Shown here: piece after piece, positions 30,421-42,223 of the stretch
How the letters are laid out: the number at the start of each line of letters is the position of its first letter
How positions within the stretch are numbered: the stretch's first letter is position 1
NCBI GenBank assembly: GCA_965220105.1
Contig: OZ244811.1
Location: forward strand, 709,157 to 773,156
Direction of reading: 5' to 3'
DNA from: Dehalococcoidia bacterium
GTDB taxonomy: Bacteria; Chloroflexota; Dehalococcoidia; Lucifugimonadales; UBA3495
Length of the DNA stretch: 64,000 nucleotides
Notes under the pieces: model-generated
Databases searched by the model: none
Told to the model about the DNA's origin: nothing
What the model saw: the letters and a program-made list of their open reading frames with translations, nothing else
Translations under genes and position numbers: made by a program

Positions 30421-31650
30421 GTGGCCTACCACCAATGAATTGATGGATGGTAGGATGTGAAGGTCAAGTAGATACAGGAACAAATGGGGAAGTGGTGAGG
30501 GACGTGATGGTGAAGAAGTATCGGGTAGAACTGACGGTAGAAGAACAGGAGGAACTGAAGGCGTTGGTTTCCAAGGGACGGGCGGCAGCCTATAAGCAGA
30601 CTCACGCCCGCATCCTGCTGCTGAGCGATGAGAATCAGGCCGAGGGGCCAATGATGGACCAGGAGATAGCCCGGTCCCTGAAGGTGGGCACCGCCACGGT
30701 GGAACGGGTACGCCGCCGCTGTGTGGAGGAGGGAGTGGCGGCCGCCCTGGGTCGCAAAGAGCAACTGAACCGGCGCCGGAAGAAGTTGGATGGTCAGGGT
30801 GAGGCCCACCTGATTGCCCTGGCCTGCTCGCCGCCGCCGGAGGGACGAGTCAGTTGGACGTTGCAACTGCTGGCCGACGGACTGGTGGAAGGAGAGATAG
30901 TGGAGAGCATCAGCGACGAGACGGTGCGCCGGACCTTGAAAAAAACCAACTGAAGCCCTGGCTGAAAGAGTGCTGGTGTCTGCCTCCCCAGGGCAGCGCC
31001 GAGTTTGTATGCGCCATGGAAGACGTGCTGGAGGTCTATCACCGCAGCTATGAAGACAAGGAAGTTCTGGTGTGCCTGGACGAGACCAGCAAGCAACTGG
31101 TGGGGGAGACTCGGCAATCCCGTCCGCCGCGGCCTGGTTCAGTCATGGCCTACGATTATGAATACCAGCGCAACGGGGTGAGCAACCTGTTCATGCTGTT
31201 CGCGCCCTTGGAGGGATGGCGGCGGGTGGAGGTGACGGACCGGCGCACCAGGGTTGACTGGGCGGAGGTGGTGCGGAAGCTGGTGGACGAGGACTATCCC
31301 GATAGGGAGCGGATAGTGCTGGTGATGGACAACTTGAACACCCATCATCTGGCATCTTTGTACGAGGCCTTCGAGCCGGCAGAGGCCCGGCGCATCGCGG
31401 AGCGGCTGGAGATTCACTACACGCCGAAGCACGGCAGTTGGCTGAATATGGCGGAGATAGAACTGGGGGTGCTGGCAGGGCAGTGCCTGGACCGCCGTAT
31501 CCCCAGCCGGGGAATCCTGGAGCAGGAAACCGGGGCATGGGAAAACCAGCGGAATCGGCAGGGGTTTCGAGCGGACTGGCGCTTCACAACCGAGGACGCC
31601 CGCATCAAGCTCAAGTCCTTATACCCATCAATACAAATGTGACTGGGTAC
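30421..31650 (+). mobile_element. IS630-family element 1
   Basis: TA flanks within CTAG; OrfA 30507-30953 (HTH, WTLQLLA) and OrfB to 31642 (LDE, MDNLNTH, YTPKHGSWLNMAEIE); A7C slippery site at 30939. Confidence 0.92.
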
Positions 31651-32762
31651 TAGTACCGTTTCAATCTGATCTTGTCGGATAGATATGTTGGAGCTTACGG
31701 CGAGCATCTTGGGTGGTAAACCGCCAGTCGATGGCTAATCTTGCTGCGTTGCGCTCGCGTTCGAGCGCCGCAACCTCTCGCCGCAGCTCCGCCTCATCGC
31801 TGATACGGCGGTTCAGACATCCCCTGCTGAAGACGCTCAACTCGATCTCAGCCATATTCAGCCAGCTGCCGTGGGTGGGAGTGTAATGAAACTCGAGGCG
31901 TTGGGCGATGCGCCGAGCTTCGGATGGCTCAAATGCTTCGTAGAGCGCGCCGAGCTGGTGGGTGTTGAGGTTGTCCAGTACCAGCCTGACCACCTCGGCA
32001 TCAGGGTAGGCCTCGTCCACCAGCCACCGCATCTGGTGCGCGAAGTCCACGGCAGTGCGGCGCTCGGTCACCTCCACAGGTCTCCAGCCACCCCTCGGCT
32101 CACAGATCATGAACAGGTTCCGGGTCCCGTTACGCTGGTACTCGGTGTCATAGCGTGCCACCCGTCCCGGGGCAGCCTCCAGGGGCGGACGCACCTCCCC
32201 GGTCAATTGCCGGGAGGTCTCGTCGAAACACACTACCGGACGCTCCGGATGGTACGCCGGTTGGTACAGGTCCAGCACGTCCTCCATCCGCGCCACGAAC
32301 TCCCCGCTCACCTTGGGGATACACCACTCTTGCTTCTTCCACGGCTTGAGTTCATTTTCTTGAGCATCTGGCGCACCGTCTCCAGGGAGATGCTCTCGGC
32401 AAACTCCAACTCCACCACCTGGTCGGCCAACAACTGGAGTGTCCAGTGCGTGTGCCCTTCGGGCGCGGCGCTGCACGCAATGGCGATCAGGTGCGCTTCC
32501 TGCTTGCCGTCCGGCTTGCGCTCCTGGCCCGGCCGCGGTCGGTCATTGCTGGCGGCCTCAAGTCCTTCCTCCACGTACCGCTTCCGCGCTCTGGCGACCG
32601 TGGCCGCGTTGACCAACAGCACATCGGCTAGCTCACGGTCCCGAAGCCCCTGGTCAGCCTTGAGCAGCGACAGCGCACGCTTCACGGTGCGCACTGACGC
32701 CTTGCCTCGCTGGGACACCTCATTGAGACGGGAGCGTTCGGCCTCGGTCAGCTCTACTTTAT

Positions 32763-34485
32763 CCCCAATCCACCGAAAATATGAGTGTCGCGGTGTGCTG
32801 AAGGGGTAAGAAAGTGCTCCTGTGCTTCGGGGATAATGGTTTGCGAGACAGCAAACCGACCCGAAACAAGGAGCACCCAACAGATGCTACCACTTGACCA
32901 TCCCGACCGCATCCAAATCACCTTCGACGACCGCCGCCTGGTGGCCAATGCTGGGCTGCTCCTTCCGGTCACGTTGGCCCAGCACCTGGGTCTGCGTGAA
33001 CTGGTTGACCATCACCTGGACCTGGGCAATGCGCCGGGGCGGGCGAACCCGGGCGACAAGATGCTGACCCTGGTGGCGTCGGCGCTGGCTGGCGGCGACT
33101 GCATTGACGACGCCGACGTGTTGCGCACCGGGGGAACCGCCCAGACCCTGGGCTGCGTAGTCAAGGCGCCGTCCACCCTGGGGACGTTCCTGCGCAGCTT
33201 CCGGTGGGGCCACGTCCGCCAATTGGATCGGGTCAGCCGCGAGCTGCTGGCACGGGCCTGGTCGGCTGGGGCCGGACCCGGCGACGCGCCATTCACCATC
33301 GACCTGGATTCGACGATCTGCGAGACATACGGTCTGGCCAAGGAGGGGGCGCGCGACCACGGCTACACGGGCAAGAGGGGCTATCACCCGCTGTTGGCCG
33401 TGGCCGCTGGCACCGGCGACGTGCTGATGGCCCGGCTGCGCGAGGGCCGGGCCAACACCGCTCGGGGTGCCGCCCACTTCCTGCGTGAGACGGTGGGGCG
33501 GGTGCGCTACGCCGGGGCCAGGGGACAACTCACGGTGCGGGCCGACAGCGGCTTCTATGCCCACGCCATCGTCGCCGCCTGCCGCCGGATGGATGTCCGC
33601 TTCTCCATCACCATCCGCCAGCACGCCAGTGTGCGCAACATCATCGAGGCCATACCCGAGCAGGACTGGACGCCCATCCCCTACTGGATGGAGGGCGCCG
33701 CCGACGTGGCCGAAACCAGCTACACTCCCTTCCAGAGCAAGCCCGACGCCGCGCCGGTGCGGCTCATCGTCCGGCGCGTGAAGCCCACGCCCGGTTCCCA
33801 GTTGGCCCTCTTCGCCACCTACAGCTATCACGGCTTCATCACCGACCGGGACGGGGCAACCCTGGAACTGGAGGCCGACCATCGGCGCCACGCCGAGATC
33901 GAGAACGCCATCCGAGACCTCAAGTACGGCGTGGGGTTGAACCATCTCCCCTCGGGCCGCTTCCCCGCCAACGGCGCCTGGCTGGCGGTGCAGGTGATCG
34001 CCCACAACCTGGCACGCTGGACGGCGCGCATCGGTCTGGGCGAGCAGATCGTGACCACCAAGACCCTGCGACGCCGCTTCTTTTCCATGGCCGGAAGGCT
34101 CACCCGCTCGGCGCGCCGCCTCACTTTGCATCTGCCCCAGCGTTGGCCCTGGGAAGCCCAGTTCAGTGGCGCCCTCGCTAGATTCCGAGCGCTGCCTCTC
34201 CCCTCCTGACGGCGCACGACCGCCACTGACCCGCCATCCGGCCAACTGAACGTCCCCGCAAACTCGCACCAGCTCGGTCCGCGAGCATCTCTTGCTGCGT
34301 CTTATCCCGCCATCTCGCTCGCAACAACCACTGTAGGCCGACATCGTCGCCCCCCAAAACGCCTGCAGACCGCCGCCAACCCCCCGTCTACCCGAATTCG
34401 AGCCCGGGCCATCGCGTTTGTAATTTCCTCACACCCCCTTCCTGTGTTCTCACTCCCTCAGTCCGTGTCCATCGGTGGATTCGGG
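32763..34485 (+). mobile_element. IS1380-family element nested in IS630
   Basis: TIR ccccaatccaccga / tcggtggattcggg (1 mismatch in 14); 5-bp duplication TTTAT at 32758-32762 and 34486-34490. Confidence 0.92.
32884..34209 (+). CDS. IS1380-family transposase
   Basis: APSTLGTFLR, IDLDST, GYHPL, LREG.A, VRADSGFY, HA.IEN.IRDLKYG, AHNLARW. Confidence 0.92.
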   Translation: MLPLDHPDRIQITFDDRRLVANAGLLLPVTLAQHLGLRELVDHHLDLGNAPGRANPGDKMLTLVASALAGGDCIDDADVLRTGGTAQTLGCVVKAPSTLGTFLRSFRWGHVRQLDRVSRELLARAWSAGAGPGDAPFTIDLDSTICETYGLAKEGARDHGYTGKRGYHPLLAVAAGTGDVLMARLREGRANTARGAAHFLRETVGRVRYAGARGQLTVRADSGFYAHAIVAACRRMDVRFSITIRQHASVRNIIEAIPEQDWTPIPYWMEGAADVAETSYTPFQSKPDAAPVRLIVRRVKPTPGSQLALFATYSYHGFITDRDGATLELEADHRRHAEIENAIRDLKYGVGLNHLPSGRFPANGAWLAVQVIAHNLARWTARIGLGEQIVTTKTLRRRFFSMAGRLTRSARRLTLHLPQRWPWEAQFSGALARFRALPLPS

Positions 34486-34590
34486 TTTATACTTGATGGC
34501 AGCCCTGGCTGGGCACTTCCTCACACAAAGCTCATGCCCAAGTATGGCTGCTTTCTTATATTCTTACAAATCTACCTGGTAACGGTACTA

Positions 34591-35828
34591 GTACTGGTTC
34601 AAATCAGCATTGTAGGTAGTTTTAGTGAAAGGCTTCCAAATGCTACGCTGACCGCAAGATCGAGTTGTGAGGAGGTGTGGCAAACACGGCCCTGGAGCAA
34701 TACGCGGTACAGTTGACGCCGGAGGAACGCGAGCGACTGAGCCAGCTGATTCGCAGTGGCAAAAGTTCGGCGCGCATCATCGCCCGAGCGCGCACCCTGC
34801 TGAAAGTAGCTGAGGGATGGAACGCACCACAGGTGGCGGCCGCTTTGGACATCTCCAAGGGTACGGTGTACCGCGCCAAACGACGGTACGCTGAGGAAGG
34901 TTTGGATGGCGTGTTGCAGGACCGGGTCCAGGCCAACCGATACCGGAAGCTTGATGACAAGGGGGAGGCCCACTTGATCGCCCTGGCGTGCAGCCCAGCG
35001 CCCGCTGGCCACGACTACTGGACCCTGCATCTTTTGGCCGACCGAGTGGTGGAGTTGGGGTTGGTGGAGTCGTTATCGTACGAGACGGTGCGGTTGAGGC
35101 TCAAAAAAACGACCTCCAGCCGTGGCGGAAGCAGCAGTGGCGCATCCCCAAGGTAGGGGGTGAAAAGGTAGGGGGTGAATTCGTGGCGGCGATGGAGGAC
35201 GTGCTGGACTTGTATGCTGAGCCTTACGACCCGGACCGGCCAGTGGTCTGCTTCGACGAGACTTCCACTCAGTTGCTGGCCGACACCAGGCCGCCCATTC
35301 CGGTGCAGCCGAGACAACCGCGGCGTCAGGATTACGAGTATCGCCGCGGCGGTACGCGCAACATCTTCCTGACCTGCGAGCCCCTGGCGGGCTGGCGACA
35401 CGTGGCGATCACCGAGCGCCGCACTATGGAGGACTTTGCCCACCAGATGCGGTGGCTGGTGGATGAGGCCTACCCAGATGCTCCGGTGGTCCGCGTGGCG
35501 CTGGACAATCTGAATACCCATCGTATGGCCTCCCTCTATGAGACCTTCCCCGCCGCCGAAGCCCGGCGCATCGTCAGGCGGCTGGAATTTCACCACACGC
35601 CCCAGCACGCCAGTTGGCTGAACATGGCGGAGATCGAGTTCAGCGTGTTGACCCGGGCCTGTCTCCAGGGGCGTAATCCCGACGAGACTGCCCTGCAGCG
35701 AGCCATCAACGCCTATGCGGCCGAGCGCAATGCGGCACGAGCCACCATCAACTGGCGGTTCAACACCCAGGACGCCCGATCCAAATTGCATCGCCTCTAT
35801 CCCTTCAATTCCAACATTGATTGAGTAC
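34591..35828 (+). mobile_element. IS630-family element 3
   Basis: gtac...gtac ends with TA flanks; OrfA 34677-35156 and OrfB to 35824; A7C slippery site at 35103; in-frame 15-bp duplication (KVGGE x2) at 35150-35179. Confidence 0.92.
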
Positions 35829-36013
35829 TAGACAAAAGAAGCGCCGCAGAAAACTGGGGCGCTTCCCAACGACACGACGCTGACCACCCGCACTCATCAG
35901 CTTGAACCCGCGGGTCACCGTTAGTCCACGGCCCTACCACCACCGTGTAGTGCCAGTTTGAACCTTGAGGCGTCACGACGTCGGTGCATGATCGCCGACC
36001 GGGTACGTGGGAA

Positions 36014-39000
36014 TCACCCCGTTTCAAGGTCTAACGACAGTGCGATAGCTCGGCACTCTGCGAGCGAAGCCATGTCAGTGCCTTGCTCGGCGTGCGTTGC
36101 CACACGGTAAACCTCTCCTGCGAAACTCTGGCCTTGGCCACAAGGCTCGTTCTCTACTCGGCCGAGCAAGCGGAAAGCCTCGTCCTGCAAGGACGGATGA
36201 CAAACCTCTGCCGCTGAGCGGGCCGAGACAAGCCGGATTTCGAAGGCCCCCTTGTCCCCAACCAAGCCCGCTTGCTGGCGCAGCCTGAACAATGAAGCTG
36301 CACGTGAAGCTGCCACGAGTTCGCTTACGAAGCCATCCCAAGCCTGGAGGTGTGCCGCATTGACGACCTCGATACCCAACCTTGAAGCGACCGTCAGCAG
36401 GTCGTCAACACTGGCCGGCCACCATGTGGACACCCCGAGTTTCAGGGCGTAAGCCGGCAGGATGTTACCTGCGTTCTCCCTGAAGACGACCAATGTCCGG
36501 AAAGCAAGTTGCTGGGCCATTGCGGGGTCCAGTCGGTCCAACCACGCCAACAAGTCAGGCAGGTCATTCTCAAGTGAGACCATCACTACCCACCAATCGG
36601 TTAGGAGTTGTCCAGTCTTCATGTCTCGGTGGTTGATCCGAGAAATTTGGCAGGCCGAAAGGCCAGTCCCAAAAGCCTCTTCCAAGGCTTCCTGCTCAGC
36701 TTGGTATCCAGAAGCCGCAACCGCGTCTATACATCGGTGAACGACATCCACCCAGGACTCCGAACGAGCCCTGCGAGAAAGATCTGGAGGCATTGACCGC
36801 TGCTCCGCGCGGGCGATAAGAATGTCCGCTAGCAGCAAAAACATTTCAACCAGAGCATCCGGGACCGGATCGCCCACAGTCGAAAGACTGGGAAGATTGC
36901 CCCGGCGAACCTCCACCAAACGGGCGACGACGTCTCTGCACCGGACGCCTAGACTCTGGCTGTCGCGAGCGTCTGGACGCTCCGCAGCCGCAATGTCGCG
37001 AATCACGGAAACTGCCTCGGCCATGGCCCCCATCGCGTTATTCCGCTCTTCGGCGTCCTCGTCGACAACCGGGGACCTGGGTCCGGCGGCTAGCTCAGTC
37101 ATCAAGGATTCGAGCTGTTTGGCCGCATCCAATCGCTTCCGCCTGTTGTGGTGCGGATTGATGACCCAAGACACTGCATCGTTCCTCAGGTGCAGGAGTT
37201 GGCCAGCAACGCCGGCAAGTAACCTTATTGGCTCGGTCCAATAACGGGAAGACAGTAACAATCGTCCCACCCGAAGGAAGTTTGCGTGGTTCGCCACCTG
37301 TCGTGCACGTGGCAGGTTGTCCCGAGCAATTTTCTTGTATCCCTCTTCGTAGTTTTCCATCGCGAGACGGTCACCGTCTGGAGTAATGACGATGGTTTCG
37401 GCGATGTCCACTTCCGGCAGCAAATCGAAAATCAGCCGACAGGTTGCGACGCTCCGGTCATTGAGCGTTGCGTCATCTCCCGGCGGCAGAAGCGTCGCGG
37501 TCACCACCCGACCGTTGGATTCCTCCTGGGACGATACATCCACACAATCGGGCAACTCGGCTGCCAGCTGGCCCATGCGGTGGTCAAAATCGCCGAAAAC
37601 ATCGTGGCGGTCTACGGCATTCTCCGCGCCGGACAGCACCCTGACCGTGGCCGAAATGGAAGCAACGACGGCGAGCGGGGCATCGCTAAAATGCGCCGCC
37701 ATGTCATGACTGCTGATCGCTTTGTCCACCCCGGTTCCTTCAAGAACCTCAAACCACGCGACCGCCTGGTCCGGCGTTCCTCGAAACGCGATTTGAACAA
37801 CGTCGTCCGAAGACAGGCCTTGGAGGCCAATCTCCCGCAGTGATGGCGGACGCTCAGGCAACAGGCCTGCCACCTGCACCAGACGCCTGAAACCGGGATT
37901 GTTATCCTTGAGGGTGTCGAAACTCACTCCGGCAAACCGGTGCGCATAGGCAAGGTACAGAACAGTTTCAGGGTCAAGCCTACTCGGCCGGTTTTCTTCG
38001 ACTACACGCAGACACATCCGAGCATGCCGGTAGTCATCGGCCATCGCCAAGGCGCGCACGAGTCTCGCCCCATCCTCGGCATTGACCTGCCCTGACCCGA
38101 GAATGTGACATACTGCCCACGCCACGGGTTCCAGGTCAATTTCCGAACAGGCGTAGAATTTCGATGATCCGAGCGGCAGCGCCGATTGGAAGATGTTCCA
38201 CCAGACGACGAATTGTCGCAGCCATGGTCGGTGGCGGGAACTGGTGGAGGCAATCTCGCGCGACAGTAGAGCGGAGTTCGTGCAAGCCCCGCCAGTGGTC
38301 TCCGTCGTCGGCAACCAGTATATGCTCCCGGTTGAGCACAGCCAACGCGGGAATTAGGTCTCGGTCGGGGAGCAGCGTCTTCAGATCTTCTGCTCGGACG
38401 CCGATGCCAACGGAGTGGGCCGTTGCCACGTAGCGCAGGATGTCGCGCTCCACAACCTTATCTTCCTTCAGCCGGTCCGCTACCTGTTGCTCGACGACCT
38501 GTTTCAGGCGACGGCCCGTCAACAGCAGGGACAAGAACTCCATCAGCAGCCCTTCCAAAGAGTCGAAGGCCTCTGATACGTCCAAAGTCGTCTGAACCTT
38601 CCTTTCTGACATTGCTGCCGCGATTGACTCCGCCAGTTCCCGGTCCAGTTTCGGGTCGACGATGGTGGTCCGACCAACTTCCAAATCTCGCCGGTGATCC
38701 TCCTCCCGACAGGCTCCCAGCAGGAGCACGCCTGAGGTGTCGATGAACTCCGTTGCGAAAGCGGTCCATCCCTCATTGTCGCTACGGCCGAGGTTGTCAG
38801 CGCAAATCAGCAACGGGTAATTGGCCGACGGTTCCTGAAGCCGTGTCCACCGGGAAAGGGACGGGACATCCTCCAGCGAGAGCCGCCGCAGACGGTAGGG
38901 CCGCACCTGCCCGGCAAGTCCACGAGCGACCCGCCAGAGCAACGCCGATTTGCCTGCTCCTGAGGGCCCGACCAGCAGCGCCGAATGGCGCTCCCGCAAG

Positions 39001-39923
39001 CCTTCAGCGAGCGCGTCCACCTCGGTGGGGCGGGGGAGGTCCAAGTCCGCAGCGATATGGGCCGGCAGAACGTCGACGCCGGTAAGGAACTCCTCCATCG
39101 TGAGGTCGGCCCTCACCTTGAAGTCGACTGGCTCAATGATCCCCAGCCTGACGGCCTCGTCGAGGCTGTCCACGTCAACGGTTTCCACCACCCGTCTGAC
39201 CAGGGAATCCAGATCGGACACGGCGATCCACTCGGCCGTGTCGGGAGTGGCCGAACGCTGCCACACCGTCACTTCGGTTATCTGCTCCAGTAGTTTGGAG
39301 TACGCCAACGCAGCGACGGCGGGATGAATTCGCTGGAAATCGGCCAGATTGGCGCGACTTCTTTCAACCACGTCCCAATCCACTTGGACCACGTGGCAAC
39401 GGGACAGGATTTCGTGAGGATCATCGAAATCGCCGGCGAGGTGTTCAACCAATGTTTCAAGGTCACTTTGGGAGACGCAGTCGAAGAGTGATCGGTCCCA
39501 GCCGGTCTGTAACAGGCTCTGGGCCAGGATTGCGTTGGTGGCCAGGACAAACCGGCATTTTGGGTCCTGCGAGAGCACATGCTTTTTGCCTATTAATGCC
39601 TCCAAGAAATGCGAGCGATCAAACCGTCCAGTTGGAGACCGTTCCTTCACCTGGACGAGCGAACGGGTTTTGTCAGAAAACTCGACGTCGATGTCCTCGT
39701 AACCTTCGGGAGCAGCCCTCGTTAGCGGCGACTTAAAAGACCCAGCTCCGACGAGCAGTCCCGCCGTGACGGCCACTTGGAAGGTCACGCCGGCAACGTT
39801 GTGTGCCCCCGTCCGGCTCCAGTCCTGCTCGACCTCACGCGGTGGCTGGGATTGTTTGGGCCGTGCGCCTTTGCCCTTTCTTGTGCGCCGAGATCTCTTC
39901 TTGGGACTCACCGTGGGTACCAC
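36014..39923 (-). pseudogene. Large nuclease-NTPase protein (Cap4/DUF4297-like PD-(D/E)XK domain + STAND-like P-loop + helical C-terminus), split by a 1-nt frameshift
   Basis: GAHNVAGVTFQ, EGYEDIDV, LVQVK; Walker A GPSGAGKS; ORFs 38136-39923 and 36014-38314 join at ..RIIE/FYACSE.. if one A of gaaattc (~38160) is removed. Confidence 0.7.
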
Positions 39924-39950
39924 TCCCCGTTTGCCTGCGTTGAGATTCCG

Positions 39951-40160
39951 CTACCTATCAGGATAACCCATCGCGGCCAGGCGACCTGGTCGCCGCCAGG
40001 ATGCCGGCTCCACCTGCGCCTGCATCTCGCCCCGCCTCATGCGGTAGCCGACGCGAGGCTCGATCAGAACGTAGCGCGGGCTGTCGACGCTGTCGCCCAA
40101 CTCCCGGCGCAGCCTACTCACGTTGGGTCGAACCAAACCCGCGTTGCCGGAGTGGGCCAC
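39951..40160 (-). pseudogene. Remnant of an OmpR/KdpE-type response regulator winged-helix C-terminus
   Basis: LVRPNVSRLRRELGDSVDSPRYVLIEPRVGYRM; no receiver domain upstream. Confidence 0.65.
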
Positions 40161-40817
40161 ACCCTACACCAAGCTCAGAATTGGCAAAGGATCAACACGA
40201 TCCCGGCATGGGACGAGATCTTGTTGAGAACAGCGTGCTCGGTGGCGGTCAGCTCCACCGGTTCCCTCGCCAGGATTCCCTCTGGCAGCACGGCAACGGC
40301 CCGTAGCTTCATCCAGACCTTGCCGAGACCGAAACGGACCTGTCCGAGTCCCATTTTGTGTCTCCGGCAGCTTTGCGTCGATCTCCGGATGTTTCCGGGC
40401 CTGGTTGCCCACGTACGTTGTGATTCCAGAGTCGACGGTCGCCCCGATTACCGCTCCACCGCTGAAGGCGACAATGCTCTGGGTTACGTCCACCTGCGGA
40501 CCACGAGCCTGGCACCACAGATCGCCTGCTACGGCGAGCCCATCGGTGCCCTCATCCTTCTCGCCATCGCTGAACTGGGCGCCGGCACCAACTGGGTCAC
40601 CATCTCGGTCGGCCTCGCCATCGTCGTCGGCGCCGGTTTGTTCGCCACAGTTACACGAGCTACTCGACCCGCCGGGACGGCCGTCTGACAGACTCCAACC
40701 GGAAAAGCCGGATTACATTGACATACGCCAGAAGCCGCCGGACGCCCCGGATGCTGTCTCTGGCCAGAATACCCGCGTCTTGTGACGCTTCCCCAGCGGA
40801 TCCATTCCACCTAAAGG

Positions 40818-42221
40818 TTACGTTCCAGTTTTGACGTTACCAGCTACTTCCTCAGCCGAACAACCCAAGTACAGCGCCGCCGTGTCATCGGAGATCAACC
40901 GGTTCCTGTGGCAATCCATGACCATTTCTGCAAACATCTCGCCGCGAGGCTCCGTGACAGGACAAGGAGCACCGCCAACACGAACCGTTAACTCCGCGTC
41001 AACATCCTGCTTCGTGGGCTTCGCCCACGCCGGAGCCGTCGGTACACCTTGCGCTTCGCCAGCGTAACAGCTTTCGATCCGCCGCCTAGCCGCAACCTCG
41101 CACATACCAAAATGTTTCATGACGCGGCTCACACGAACATGGTTCACCGGCAGAGGAGCAAGCCTCTTTACCTCTTCCATGGGGGCCAGGAAAGCCAAGG
41201 CGAAAGCATCCGCCCTCTGCCTGACCACATCACCAGCCGCGGTCTCCTCCGAACCGTCACCCAGATGGTGGCTGACTCGGATGTTTCCGATCCTGTCGGG
41301 TGAATCGAAAAGGGCATGGCCTAGCTCGCGAGCCAAGGTCACGCGCGACACCCAGACGTCCTCGTTCAGGCCCGTATTGTTTACGAACACTCCTCGGAAC
41401 TCCTTGCCCTCGTGGTCAACGGAGGAGACGGTGGCACCAGCCACTCCGTCCGGCAACTCGGCCGAGACTATCGGTATACCCAGTTGATCCTCAACTAAAT
41501 CCTTCATGGAAGCGATGGGCGCAATACCCAGCCCCAAAGTTTCCCTGACATCCTTCGCCAGCAGGTAGCCAACTTGCCGAGCACCTGCGGCATCCGTGCG
41601 GAAATCATCTGACGTGCGAAATTTGGTCGCCCCAAGGTCTTTCCCCAACCAACCCTGCAACATATTTTGGACGCGTATTACCGAAACGCCTTCAGCCAGG
41701 GAAGCCGTCGCCGACTCCGAAATCTGGTTGGGGTCCTGCAGTTGTTGTAAAGAACTCAACGTGTCAGCAAGCCCTGAGTCGGCGCCACAGTCCGCCACGT
41801 ACGTCAACATCCGTTCGTCCAACCCCAACTTGAATGCGACGGTTCCAAGCCTCTTGATATGAATCCGGTGCGGGCTGTCCTGGTTGAGGTCGGCTTCTTC
41901 GCTCAACCCGGCCATCTCGGCCACAGTGGACCAGGAAATCCCCAGTCGGTCGCAGCGGTTCAGGAGGCTAAGCTCGGGAGATTCCTCAGTTCTCCTGAGA
42001 ACTGCTCCGCCATGCTCAATGGCCTCGTCAACCACGTCCTTTCCATAGGCGCACCACGCTTCCCAAGCGGTCATTTTGTGCCCGGTGGGATTACCATCCG
42101 GATGGTTCAAGGCCAGCTGGGACCGGCTTCGTACGAAGCCCCACTCACACTGTTTGACGACTTCCTCGCAAGAGGCGCCATCAATCTCCGGACCAAATAT
42201 GAACCGCAAACCGGCTGTCAT
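40818..42221 (-). CDS. ImmA/IrrE (DUF955) family protein with probable HTH; zinc motif degenerate
   Basis: VRETLGLGIAPI..M..L.E..LGI; TLARELGHALF (HEXXH to REXXH); RQRADAFALAFLAP; ATG 3 nt after upstream stop. Confidence 0.75.
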   Translation of the reverse strand: MTAGLRFIFGPEIDGASCEEVVKQCEWGFVRSRSQLALNHPDGNPTGHKMTAWEAWCAYGKDVVDEAIEHGGAVLRRTEESPELSLLNRCDRLGISWSTVAEMAGLSEEADLNQDSPHRIHIKRLGTVAFKLGLDERMLTYVADCGADSGLADTLSSLQQLQDPNQISESATASLAEGVSVIRVQNMLQGWLGKDLGATKFRTSDDFRTDAAGARQVGYLLAKDVRETLGLGIAPIASMKDLVEDQLGIPIVSAELPDGVAGATVSSVDHEGKEFRGVFVNNTGLNEDVWVSRVTLARELGHALFDSPDRIGNIRVSHHLGDGSEETAAGDVVRQRADAFALAFLAPMEEVKRLAPLPVNHVRVSRVMKHFGMCEVAARRRIESCYAGEAQGVPTAPAWAKPTKQDVDAELTVRVGGAPCPVTEPRGEMFAEMVMDCHRNRLISDDTAALYLGCSAEEVAGNVKTGT

Positions 42222-42223
42222 GA

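Larger units (their letters stand above)
31653..34588 (-). mobile_element. IS630-family element 2, interrupted by IS1380
   Basis: Ends gtaccgtt / aacggtac with TA flanks; OrfB 31661-~32350 (FDE, LDNLNTH, SWLNMAEIE); OrfA start (..AAIKY/KVELTEAER) is split by the nested IS. Confidence 0.9.

Noticed and set aside
40400-40688. Hydrophobic C-terminal stretch resembling a transporter end
   Set aside because: Too short and lacks a credible start; at most a gene remnant
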